A stretch of DNA of 64,000 nucleotides from assembly GCA_002269645.1 (NCBI GenBank), contig NIVC01002307.1:1-64000 (forward strand), in the 5' to 3' direction. The first letter of the stretch is position 1. Each line of letters begins with the position of its first letter. Under the pieces are notes generated by a model, which was given only the letters and a program-made list of their open reading frames with translations, made no database searches and was not told the origin of the DNA. Shown piece by piece: positions 1-12,800 of the stretch. The position numbers and the translations under genes were made by a program. Origin of the DNA: Macrostomum lignano. Its lineage: Eukaryota.

Positions 1-3000
1 CAGTGGTAACGACAGTCCAGGAAGAACGTACAGCTTGGTGTTGGCTCCTGAATTCGTTTTATGTTCAATGGTGACTTGAACCTTGGCCTTGCTGATTTCC
101 CAAAAGTCCGAAACCTGATAAGTCAACTTGATGGTGTTGGGAGTATCGCAAGAGCCATACTGCACATCCACCTGTTGTCCCTGCCTGGTGTAGGATACGC
201 AGCTTGATTTTTCGCCAATGGAGAAGCGAATTTGCAGGTTTCTCAGCACGTTTCCGTCTTTGCTACTAGTCCATGTAATCGTATTTGTGCCACCTTCAGA
301 TGCGACCGTCACTTGAATGGAGCCTTCAGCTGGGCTGGAAAACGTGACCGACTTGCCAAATATTTCTCCAGAGCCAGCCGTTACCCTACCATCGGCAAGA
401 GTGACTGATGTCTCAGCCTTTGCACTTTCAGACATGGCGAACTTCATTTTCCACTCTCCATTCGTGTTGTCTCCGGTTCTCAGCAAGTAGAACCTTGAGT
501 TCGTGCTTAGAGACAAGTCAAAGCCCAAGTTTGCGCCCGGTACTCCCAGCCTACTAAGCTGCGGGTATGTGCTTCCGGATGTGATGTAAACCAAGTCGAA
601 TGCTGCGTACTTTAAGCCACCCTTGCGGAATTCCATTCCCAGAAGGTAGTCAGATCCGATCACTGCATCCATGTTGATAGCCATAATTTGAGATTGATCA
701 AATGGATTAACTGAAAAGGAAGTGTTAATCAATCTCGCTCCAGTGTCGCTGACTCGCACATTGCGCTGGAAGTCGAAAATCTTGTAGTCAACGTCGTTTC
801 TTTTATACGAAAACACCAAGGTCTGTCGATCATTGTTGTATGTAGAGTCAGTCTGCATCCGCTGTGCAGAAGGGAACGGAGTTGTCACATTCATGGAGTA
901 TGTATAGTCGAACATGCTGCTACCCGTGACTTTAAGCGTCGACTTGATTCCATCAGAAGAAGCTGGCAGTAGGTGATCACTTGTTAGTTCGGCCTCGCTG
1001 TTCACTTCAAAAGTTTGTCCTTGTGTGTAGGTGTGCCAATACTTCAGAGCACTCTGCTTGGCTGGAGAGGCAACCCAGGCCTTGAATCGGAAACCATTTT
1101 CTGGCTCTTTTGGCCCGGCAGAGATATTGAAACCATACTGACCCACATTCCAAAGTGGTGTTTTAAACTGACTCGAGATCTCGAATGGCCAGTAGCTTAG
1201 CTTTGCTGAGACCAAACCGAGATTTTCGGTCGTTGTGCCTTGAACCTTGATAAGCTCCATGTTGGTATCGAATTCACCTGTGGATTTCGCTTCGAGCTTT
1301 CCGTTGTAGTCTAGTCGATCAATGGTGAAATCAGTGCCAATGAGCGCTTCGAGTCCTTCAAACTCCATGTTGCCTGAGTAAACCGTTGCAAACAACACGT
1401 CGTCGTTTCGTCCGGTGACCTTAAACCTTCCATTGTCCTTAAGACCAATGTCCCACCGAAGGACCCAGAATCTGATTTTAGACACGTAAGTTATGAATCC
1501 GTCAGTGTCCTCATTGTAAGTCGCATTGTAAGATACCTCTCTGAGCGGCAGTCGGTCAGATTTTACTCCGATGTACAGCTGTTGAGAATTGAGTCTTGTC
1601 TGTATGTTGATTAGATCGTTTCCGTCGAGAGTCTTCTGCACCACCAAGTTGAATGGCTGATTTCTGTCGGACGAAAATGAGTTTATGCCCTTGTAGGAAA
1701 GAAACGGGATAAATTCGAACGTGTTTTGAATTGTCAGATTGCTCAAAAAGATTGCTCCTGGGCTTTGACCAGCCCCAGACTTTTGCAATCCTAGGTTGTA
1801 AATTGTCTTGAAAGCACCACTTCCAGGCATTGCAATATTAAATGACACGTTTAGTGCAGGGTTCGGGACTCCCATTGGGTCTGTATCGACTGTGACACCG
1901 AGACTGGACTTGAAATATATTTCATCCTGATTTAGTTGCGTGATGTTAAGCTGAACAGCGACCTGACCCCAGCGCTCAACTTGTGGGATAAAGCGTCCAA
2001 CGCTAGTAATATTGTAGTCTTTCCGCTGAGATCCGAGCAGAGACACCCTTGCAAATGAGATGCTCAACTCTGGGTTCGAAGATCTCTTAAATTTGGTTTC
2101 GAATGTAAAAAGCTTTTCCCAGTCGTTATTCTTCACGTTTACTTTGTAGACTCGACGATAAAGCCTGTCGGACAAATCGAGTTCTTTGAATAAAAGGAGG
2201 GATTTGTTGAAAGAAACTCCGTCGCTTCTAATGATCCGAGAGATGTTCAGCATAACTCCTTTAGTTACTGTCATGTCAACGTAGTTTGTCACTTGAATGC
2301 TCGTGGATGGCGTGTCGAATTTAAACCCATTCTCTACCTTGATCTGATAGATGAAATTCTTCACTAGAACCAGGAGCCTCTCAATTTTAAAGTCTCGTCT
2401 TGCACTGCGAAGGTAGGACGCAATCTCCATAGCGCTTCGTCGTCGATCATCCATACTGTAGTCTTGAGCGTACATAGTCATGGAAAAAGAAGTATACTCA
2501 TTAAACTTGTAGTCAAGTTTGTATTCAGCTCTGCGTGTTTCCGGACGAACTGAAACGCTTTGATTTATCTGAAGCATTTTCTGTTGGTTCACCGCTACGG
2601 CTGTAGAAACCCGAATAACCTGGTTCATATCGGCATCCGGCATCTCCACAGAGTACTCATTCTTAATCAAGAATGACTGGTCATTGAATGCGGTTGCGTT
2701 CAAGTGGTGACCGAAAACTGTTTTACTGGGAGATGACGTCGGAATGGAGTAGAGTTTGTGCTCCAAGTCCAGCAACACGTTGTTGGAGTAAACCATTTTT
2801 GCGACTTGCACAAGCGCATATGAGGAGGAAGAGCCAGCTCTGCTATAACCTGAAGAGTGCCTTAGCTCAAAAGCGTGCCTCTGCGACTCCGAGCCAGTCA
2901 TCTGCGATGCATTGAACTTCAAATAGATGCACTGATTGTCCGTCCTCCAGTTGTCCCACGGCAGAACCTGTAGGGCCACAAAAGCCGCAGACTGGGACCC

Positions 3001-6000
3001 CTGAAAGCAAAAAAATAGATTATTAGATTTCTAATTTAAGTGATGCCTACAAATAGAACGCATTATAGGAATGAAATATCAAAAATATGTATCGACTTAC
3101 ATCTAAATCAGCTGCGTACTCCACAAGGAAAGTTTTGGTGTTGTAATGTTCATCAATCACGTCATCTTCGCCAAACACAAATCTCAGCTTGGTCAGCGTG
3201 GCTGTCTTCCGGTTGCTACTAGGACCGTATTGAATGCTTCCGCTACCAATGGCTTTGTACAGTTGAGACGGTCTGATTGTCTCCTCGAGGCTTAGGTTGG
3301 CTTCTACATCCAGCGCCGATCTCTGCTTAGTGACGCCGTAGTTGAACTTGTGGATTACAGACACCGTTGACTGAAACTGGTCTGACGCGGCCTTTGGTAG
3401 ACGGTCAACTCTGATAGTAAAAGTGTGAAGGAAGTTCTTGCCATTCTTATTCACCACTTCGGTGTTATAGGCAAAGGTCCGCGTGTTTCGCTCTCCACTG
3501 ACGCTCGTGCACTCGAGCCGAGAATTGATTGAAGTCAAGACGCTGTTTTCCTTCTCGTGACTGGCTAGGAAGGTCAGCTGGAAATTTCCTGGCTCGTACT
3601 TGGAGAGGTGGCTGAACGTGAGCTTGTTGTTGTCGGTTGTCGTGACTGCAAAGTCGAACTGGAACAGCGGCAGGATTCCAAATGATTGGAACTTGGTGAC
3701 GATGTTCAGCTTTTGTCTCTCCTTATCCTTTCGATAAAAGTCACCTTCGAGTCTGCAAGATTTTAAATATTTTTATAAACATTTACCTTGGTATTTATAA
3801 GAATAACTTTTAGTACCCTACTAATACAGAATGCGGTAATTGATCTATTAGGTTACATTTTTATTATACTTGAGAAAACAAGCATTAATTACTACTCACT
3901 TCGAGCTTCCATCTTCGTCTCTGGATCTGGTGCCTCGGAACTCGTAATCGGTTTGGCCAAACTTCAAGGCTACGCTCACATCAGATTTTTCACCATTGGC
4001 TCTGTTTTCAGATTCCCATTTGATCGGAAGAACAGGATTGGCCAGCTCCAGAACGATTTTTCGCAGGCCTTCAGATCTTGTAAGAATGAACTGGAACTTT
4101 GCGTGTCGATCAGGACTGACTTGGTCGCCGAGCAGTGCGGTAAAGTTGGCGTTTCTGCCTTCAATTTTGAGCCGCAGAGTCGCCTCGTAGACTCCCAGAG
4201 TGTCATTCTTATCGATGTAGAGTCGGAAGCTTCCAGGATTCTGGCGCACATACTCCATCGGATTGTACGTACGCTCAAAGTTCGTCTCCAGGCACATTTT
4301 CCTACCGAAGAGCTTCACAGAAGCGGGTGTGAAACACTTAACTGTAACAGGTGTCAATTCGGAAAGCACTGGATTCTCAATTACATTGCTTGGCCCTCGG
4401 TGTTGAAGGAACTGAACGTCAGTCTTTAGCTCCAAGATCTTCTGTCGCTTCTTCAACGGATCCACTTTGTACGAAAACTTGATGTCGTTCAAATCACTAA
4501 AGTCTGCGTCGAGGTTTAGCTTAACGCCCAGGCTTGTCACACCGGAAGTACGAGACCTGAGCCCAGCTCTTTCGAACCCGGCATCGACTGTTACAGTTCT
4601 CGCCATGTAGACAGACCCCGATGGTTGAGCTTCGAACCCCATGTTCATCTCTAGCATCGAGGGCATCCTGAACTCTTGCTTTAGAACCATATTGAGCAAG
4701 TAATGCACTTCCTTCTTGAGTAAAATAGGAAAACCAGAGATTGTAGGAATCGATATTGTGCTCTCCATTTGAGTACCGGCCAACTGAGTATTCTGATCAA
4801 AATTGAAGTTGCTCAGCTTCTCCTGGAGGAGTCCTTGCAAGTTTTGAAGGTCGACACTCTTCATGATCGCTGGCACTGCTGATAGAATGGCTTCGTCAAA
4901 GTTAATGTGCGTCAACTCCATTCCGTTTTGACGAGTGAAAAAGTCGAACCGCTGTTTCAGCGCCTTCATCTGGTACTGCTTCTGTTCGTCAGTGAGCTCA
5001 GGTCCATCTGCTTGTCTGCGTTTGCGAACCCTCATCCTATCTCTTCCTGACAAAGAGTTATACAGCTGCTGCATTGTGCTCTCCATACCTTCCGTTCTAA
5101 CGCCGAGCTCAAACATGTTGATAGCCTCAGCACTGAGCGGAGACTCCACTGTGAAGTTTAAATTCACGAATCTAGGCATAAACGATGTGCTGGAATAGAT
5201 TAAATTAGACTCAAGCTCGATCTTGGACTTCATGGACGGGTTCTTGAACTTCTTGACCCAATTGCCGGACACTAGCAGACCTTGAACATTCGAAGTTCGA
5301 ACAACCTTTCGCTCGAAATCGCGCAAAATCGCCGATACTGTGTAAGAATCGGTAAGTCTTGACTGCTTTTTCATCCACCGACTCAGATGAGAATAGATGT
5401 ATCGCTGCACATTGATGTCCTCCATATCGTCCCGCATGAGTTCGGAGAGCTTAGTGATCGCTCGCTCGTCGCTCCAAAATGCCGCGTCGGTGTACCGTAC
5501 CATGGCTTGGTAAGCGGTGATTCTCAGCTCGGAGTCCAAATCCTTTGAGCCGATAAGCCTTCCCAGTCGCATGAGCTCGTCGTTGCTCAGGCTTGGAAAC
5601 CGTCTGAGCGAGCGAAGTGCAAAAGCGCGGTTGACAAGACTGAGGTTGGAGTTCTCTCCGCAGCCGATCAAGACCGAGGCGCCACCCTTAGCCCGACCGA
5701 TATTGCCAATCGACAGGAGGGCGGTGAAGGCATTTTCGACGCCAGAATTGAAGGGATCATCGCTAGCAGAAGCCAATTTGGAGCAGTTTGTTCCTAGCGC
5801 ATCCGAATAGAAGGTCAAGACGCTGGACACGGCTTCGTTTGACTCACAGTCGGTGTTGATTGCGCAGTACCGACCTGTAACTGCTGCCAGAGCCAGCGGA
5901 GCGTCCTTAGTTGGCATCATAGCCTCTGCTTGCACTTTTCTAGTGTAATTCTGAAAAATGACCACGTTGCAGGATTCGTAACATTCAGCAAGTAGATGTA

Positions 6001-9000
6001 GGCTCATTTTCTCTGATATGAATATTTAATAGGAATAGAATCGATCATTTTTGGTTTAGATTGTTGGATGCTATATTATATGCTCATAGATTTTTGGATG
6101 GTTATACTCGTACATGAAAATAAGCACGATGTTAATACCGTAGAGGCGTAGAATGAATGCACTCTCTGTGTGCCTGTTGAGACAAGAACTAATTTTTTTT
6201 GCGAGTGGTTTTGAGAAGCTGTTTCTTAAAATCCTCGAGGAATTGGGCAGTGAAATATAAAATAAACTGGCCTGTAAAACTGATAAAATGTAAGCAAGAT
6301 GTTAAAATCAGCGTGAACAGTAAAGACTGCTTTGGAATTGCAAAAAGCTGGCTTCCCAGTTACAGAATTCCCAGTTACAGAGCTGGCTTCCCAGTTTCAA
6401 GTTGCAGGATTAATTCGCATGAGTCTACATTCACTGAACTTACCAGAACGTCGCTGATGATTTCCGGTGTTGGATGCGGCATCATTGCGATTCCCTTGAC
6501 GAGCCAGTTGCTAGTGGCTGGTTCAGGACTCATTGCGTCACTCTCCTTCAGCTGGTTGAGCATGACCTTGACGGAGATCCGAGTTCCCACGGTCGGTAGG
6601 GCAGAATACAGCAGGACTCTGTTGGAAACGAAAGTGTTATCCAGCCATTAATCCTGGCTCATTCGACGGAGCTAAACTGTCTGTGACTCACACACGCTAA
6701 TAGCGATGGAAAGCAATGATACAATAATATATTTCTAGATTAATTACACTGACTAATTGGTGTAAAAATCAACTCACTTGAACATGGAGTTGTCTGTGCA
6801 GTATCCAGTCTTCCCCCAGTTGAAGAGGGCGTCAAAGTCGCTCTGGCTGGTGATGCCTCGCATGTACTTGATCGCATCGACGTATTTGGCGGCCGTGCTG
6901 TTGAGCATCTCGTTGCCGCGGGTCTCCTGGCAGAGTTCCTCAAATGTCTGCTTGGCCAGCTCCTTGAAGTCTGTTGAAGCAACTCCGCTGGTGGGCAGCT
7001 TCTTCTCGAGACACTCGTTTCCGCTGTGGAAGACGTCCTCCTCGAACCAGGCCTTGGAGTCGTGGCAGCTGTCGCCAGTTTTGTGCTGGTGCTTCAAGTC
7101 GCTCCGGTCGCTGATTTCAAACAGCGCACTGGCGAGGCTGTCGAGCTTCTGCTTGAAGCGCAGGCTCGTCTCGACCTTGACTCTCTCGCCCTGACGTCTC
7201 TCGCCAAGACTGTTGTCAAGGATGCGATTCTCTTCGCAGATGTTCTCCTTGATCACCATGGACTCGCCGTCCAGCTCGATGATGCACTTCAGGGTTCCAT
7301 CCACGACTGTGGGCCACTGAGTGCTGCTCTGAAATAGGCACGTGTGTGTGTGTGTGTGTGATTTGAAGTGTCACGTAACGATATGGAAACTTATAGAAAC
7401 ACAATAACTAAACAGTATCCATGGTACATTGACTTACATCAGGCGCTTCGTACTTGACGCCCATTCGGGGAAACACCTCGAAGTTGTTGGTGCAGCTCGA
7501 CAGATCCTTAGTCTTCTCCACCTTGTTCGACGAGAGCTGCTTGTAGACGGTCCAGCAGTTTCCGAGGACGTCGTTCTAAAATAAAACAATCAGACATCAT
7601 TTCAATCTCTATTTATCAGTTTCCGTTTTAACAATAATTGGGCGGCGCATCTTAAGGCTTCATACGGCTGTTCAGTCCAAGGACTGGGGGTTCAGTCCAA
7701 GGACACCCTCAATTGCCCCAGCTAATGCTGGCACCCATTTTACAGCTGGGTGAACTGAACTGAAGCAATGCAAAGTTAATAATCTTGCTCAAGGTCACAA
7801 ATTGTTCCAAGTGGGATCGGGAATCGAACCCCCGGCCTTTCAGTCGCGAGTTTACTAGGCTAAAATCTCTCCATTAGGGACTAGGCTACAACCCCTCCAC
7901 TAGGGACTAGGCTACAACCCTCCTCTAGGGACTCGGCTACAACCCTCCACTAGGGACTAGGCTACAACCCTCCACTAGGGACTAGGCTACAACCCTCCAC
8001 TAGGGACTAGGCTACAACCCTCCATTAGGGACTAGGCTACAACCCTCCACTAGGGACTAGGCTAAAACCCCTCCTTCCGTTTTAGGAGACCAATCGTGAC
8101 CAACTTTGAAACATTTTGTAAACAATCTAAGGAACCACTTTCCGATTGCCCTCTTAACACTGATACAGCTTAATTGTGGCGCATTGTGAAAGGCTTAAAG
8201 GCCAATAAGAACTTTTAATCCGATCAAATATATTGCTAAATCTAAAGTACTGCGACGGTTGAACGCTTGTAGCGTATGTATGTTTTGCTCTAATGCAGCC
8301 TCATTAAAAATAACTACATCATCATTACCGAACCTTTTGCAGAACCAATCTGACAATAGTAGAAAGATACTACTATAAAAACTCACCTCGCGAACTTTGG
8401 CCTCCTGATTAGGCTGATCGATCGACATATGCAGTTGAGACAGCAGGCCGCGCTTGAAGTTGAGGCTGGCGCGGGTCTCGGCGCTGCCTGGGCACATGCC
8501 GCCGACTCGACCGTCCTCGAATGCGAAGCGCAACGGCGCCTTCAGCGCATCGACCAGCGCCTTCGGCAGCGACTTCGTCTCCATGGTGGTCGCTTCGGCT
8601 GGTGCTTTCGAGGACTTTGTGTTCTGGATGTCGACAGTCAGCACCATCTCGCAGTCGCTGTGGACCTCAAAGTTGGCCCGGCCTTTCACCTGCATCAGGA
8701 CCGACTTGTCCTGGCTGAGGCCGGACTTGAGCTCCACCTTCTGCTCGAATTCGTACTGCAGAGTGGTGCCGGCAGTGTAGCCGGTCCAGAAATTTCTGCC
8801 TGAGCATCTCAGGGAGCAGCTAGTTGATGAGGCTACTGCGGCTGGCCCTGCAAAGCGGACCAAATGGAAACAATAACTTTTGGATCCTCCTAACAATAGT
8901 GACTCGGGACAGAAGTAATCAGTATTGTGCTAGTCTGATGCAACACTGTGGCTTTGCTAATGAAACAATTAGCAGGTTGTGACAACAGTTTAATCCCTTG

Positions 9001-9327
9001 GTTTTATCTTTAAGAAAGTACAGTGCTTGTCTACTACTAGAAAAATTTATTTGAAACAATATGAAACTACGCTCGTATTCCTACCGCTACAAATCGCGAT
9101 TTCGGCCTAAAAAACGAGTTATGAATGCCTAAATTCCCTCGCTAAATCCATCGAAGACGCATGCAGAGACACAGATCCGTTTCTTTCCAATTCCAAGTCT
9201 ACAGACTACAGCACCTGAATGTAACACTAACTGAATAACTTAAGCACAAAATGCAGCATGTTAGTGACTTACGGGCCTGAGCCGCGGCCAGAATGCAGCT
9301 GAGCACGAGAAGAGTTTTGATATCCAT
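1..9327 (-). CDS. Large lipid transfer protein (apolipophorin/apoB-like, vitellogenin-N domain), 3' end beyond window start
   Basis: Phase-consistent GT-AG exons: 9327-9273 (signal peptide MDIKTLLVLSCILAAAQA), 8847-8387, 7575-7438, 7328-6778, 6618-6444, 5950-3900, 3752-3101, 3000-<1 (about 2360 codons in window). LLT motifs: Y..GTTLQYEF, RASLNFKRGLLSQL, E-NDVLGNC, ALPTVGT, LLSIGNIG, ELRITAY, ESNLIYSSTSFMPR, MFELGVRTEGME, IPTISGFP. Later exons are beta-strand-rich and apoB-like. Confidence 0.93.
7642..7852 (-). mobile_element. tRNA-derived SINE copy 1 (in lipoprotein intron 2), 5' head disrupted
   Basis: Closely similar to 59366-59598. The - strand has a B box GGTTCGATTCC followed by a CORE/Nin-like central segment (ccttgagcaag...ttcacccagctgtaaaatgggtg). 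Confidence 0.8.
7853..8072. repeat. 25-bp minisatellite (actaggctacaaccctccactaggg) x~9
   Basis: Direct tandem units abutting the SINE; the core equals the SINE 5' end. Confidence 0.92.
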
Positions 9328-9394
9328 GAAACTTGGGCAGTGCCACAAAGTTTCCAGGTAGGAGAAAGCCAGCAAAGAGCTGAGAGCCGGCTGC

Positions 9395-9401
9395 ATTTAT
9401 A
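9395..9401 (-). promoter_or_regulatory. TATA box of the lipoprotein gene
   Basis: TATAAAT on the - strand 68 nt upstream of the ATG at 9327. Confidence 0.55.
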
Positions 9402-9889
9402 GTGTGGTCGGTCCTGGCAGCCGCTGCTGATACCAGCGGGTCATAGGTTAGCGATTAAACTCACAGCAAAACCAAAGCACTCGACTTTAGCCCCCCACCC
9501 CCAACCTGCCCCTCTGGACTCCGCATCCAGGCCACCCTAATCTCATCTGGCCGCAAGTCGGCCTTAGATAAACCGAGTCAAAGGGGAGGCGTTCAGCGTT
9601 TCCCCCGGGCGTAAGCAACCGCTTCGCAGCTCTCTGGTGGGGCGTTGCCGCACCTGCGTTTGGCTTTTTCCGGAAATTCAATCAGTTTCTGCCTATCGTT
9701 TCCTGTTTTCTTATTTTAGATCCTAAAAATAGTCATGATTAGTTAATTAGTTTTGCACCTGTTTGCTCCCTTGATTATTGCTGTTTCCTGTAGATTTTGG
9801 ACCTTCGGTTTAGATTAAATCCGTGCGTGGGATGGTTTTGACGACTTTTTAGCGTTTGAACTCGGCCTGGCCCGTCTGTTTACATGCAG

Positions 9890-12800
9890 ATGTTTATGAG
9901 CTTCAAGCTCGATTCTATTTACGCCACTTCATAGCATGTCAGCGAGAAAGATTTCCAGTTCGACTGGTACGTTCGACCAAAAAACACTTTTGAAAAATTC
10001 TAATTGCTATAAAGTTTTCAATAATTTCCAAACCAGTGCTAGCAGATCAAAGGAGTGGGGAGCGTTAACTTGCATATGCCAAATTTTCAATTTCGAATTT
10101 CTCATAAGCAGCAAGTTGCCCGGCTGATTGTGGAGATAAAAGCTCACTGTCCCTGGGTTGCTTTTAAAATTTTCTTTTCTCAGATTTCGGGACCAAAGTT
10201 CCAATTCTTATCAGTTTCTCATTTTATGCTCAAGAAATCTTTCAAGTGTCCACACTGTGAGACATTTGGAGACAGTCTCGAATATGGTCTCACCAATGTC
10301 TCGCAGGAACCCAAACGCAGTGCTGCGATTCAGTCGGTGTGTAGGAAATCCAAGACACTCAAAATATTCTTTAAGAACACAAACTGACAGCTTGAGTCTG
10401 TCTCAATGACGAATAAAATTTTATTGGTTTTCGTTTCAAACGTGAAAGCACCAGTTTCCAAGAAAAATAAATGTCCCAGCATCGTCAGTTCTTCGCTATC
10501 TTCTCTTGCTGGAGCATCTGCTAGCGAAGCCCCTGCGTACAACGTTGGTTGGTGTAGAGCTCCTATTGCTGGAAAACTTCGACTCGAGCAGAGGATCCCC
10601 GGAGTAGCACGGGAACAAGTTTGGCAGCGGCGTCGGGCAGTTGAAGTTGGCCACATTCGAGTAACCCATTGTCATGTCCTCGCGCCACCTGTCCCAGGGC
10701 ACCACAATGTCCGCCGGTTTGGCCTTCAGCAATAGCACGTCGTTTTTATCTTGCGGGTAGAAGATCAGCGATTGGCACGAGTTGCAGTTGGGCGGCACCA
10801 GAGCCGATGTCGGTATCGGGTCCACAGTCTGCAGCACCCTCGGCTGCTCGCTTTGCGCATCGTTGATGCTTTTGCAACGCCGGCCAAGAGGCATGTGGCA
10901 GTCAAACTTCAGCCCGATATGGTACTTCCACTCCATCGCCTGTAGCACGTACAGTTCGTCCAGTTCAGGCCGAAACTGTGAATATGAGCAGACTGGGAAA
11001 CCATCTTTTGGATGGTTTTTACCTCGTTTGATAGCCACCAGCCAGACCTTGAAGTGCTGCACTCTTTCCACGTCTGTGAGCCAGCTGGTCTGCTTGTTCC
11101 TCCGCATGCCCCATTGCATGGTCGGATAGAAGAAGTCAGAAAAGTGCAGCTCAAAGCTACTATAAAATAGAGGCCGGCCGGCTACGATCTCCAGTAAGCA
11201 GGTCTCGTGAGAGTAGAAGGGCCATTGTAGACCGTTGCTATCGTTTACCATCTTGTGAAGTCCACTTTTGGTGGGATGAAACTCCCACTGGTAGCGCCCA
11301 GCCGCCTCAAACTGGTTAGAGAGCTCGAGATAGTCGCACGCCTGGGCCAAGCCGATCGTCCAGTCAGAGTCGGGAGTAGAATTTTCCAGAGTGATGCCGA
11401 TCCGACACTTGAACTTCTGGCCCTGCCATTGCATCAGATGGGACTTCTCTATCACTTTGGTTAGCGGCTGACTCCTGACTGGCTGGCTGTAGTAAACTCG
11501 CGAGTAATTGATCGTGATGTGCTCATCGGGCCTGAATCGAGAGCTTAGGACGCTGGTCCGGTCGGCCTTTGAGCTGACTGACTCAATGTGGCTGTCCAAG
11601 GTGTCCTTAGTAATGACATGACTGGCCGATGTCTCTTCCGATTTTGGTGTCCTTCGACTGCTGTTATTCGGCCTCTGTGCCATGTAATGATTGAGCCGTA
11701 GATGCCGTTGTATTGTGTCAGTGCCCGCTTATGATGAGTTCTCCCGCATGGGCTTAAGGACTTAGCGGGATTTTCCTCACTAACGCCTTGCATCAGTGGC
11801 TGTTTTGTCTATGGTTTAGCTTGACTGGACTCGCGATCTTTTTCTTCAGATCCTCTCCCAACATCCCAACGGTTTTTATCACCATTAGATACACACAAGG
11901 AAATAATTTACTACAATGTACACCATTTTACCCTCGATTTTGAACAAGGAGAACTTCGAAACTGACAAACTCCTCTTCAATATTGACACTCTATGGTCGG
12001 GCACTCAAAATCTACAATCAATATTGACAGATCAAGCTTCATTTTTGACAAACTATGGTTCAATTTTGACAATGCACGTTTAGTCAGCTTCTCCTGGGAG
12101 AATTCGGTAACAAATTAATCCAATTAAAGCCTGAACGGGGCTGAAGTGAGCTGTGCAAAATCAGCTTATTCTGACTTTGCTTTTTGGATCTACAAGTATT
12201 GATAAAATTTATTTTTCTCTATCCTTTACACACACAGACTAAAATAGCCTGACTGGTTGGGCTGTAAAGTCTGATTCTATTTTGACAGAGTTGCTTCAAA
12301 ACTGACACTCTATGGTTTGTGTACCCAAAAAGTCCGCTTCATTTTTGACAACTCCGAATCAATATTGAACAGTTAACAATCGATTTTGACTAAGACATTT
12401 TTTGAAATAGATTTTGACAATTTTTACTAAGATTTCTCTCTTGAAGGGGGGTGGGTACTTGCTATTTGGGAGAAGAGGTACTGGCTGCATGGATCTACGA
12501 GTACATGTATGGGAATCTTTCTATCCAGGGATGCTTGCTAGAGTCCCTGCTCTCTCAAGGGACTCTAACAAAAGGCCGGTCATTTATAACATCCCAAGAC
12601 AGCAAGCATCCCCCAGATAGCAAGTATCCCCCACACAGCAAGCATCCCCTAGATAGCAAGCATCCATGCACCCAGATAGCAAGCATCCCCCAGATAGCAA
12701 GCATCCCCCAGATAGCAAGCATCCCCCAGATAGCAAGCATCCCCCAGATAGCAAGCATCCCCCAGATAGCATGCATACCCTAGATAGCAAGCATCCATGC

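Noticed and set aside
3788-7337. + strand ORFs overlapping the lipoprotein exons; similar shadows over the ETS and Sox exons
   Set aside because: Antisense shadows of biased codon usage in real - strand exons.
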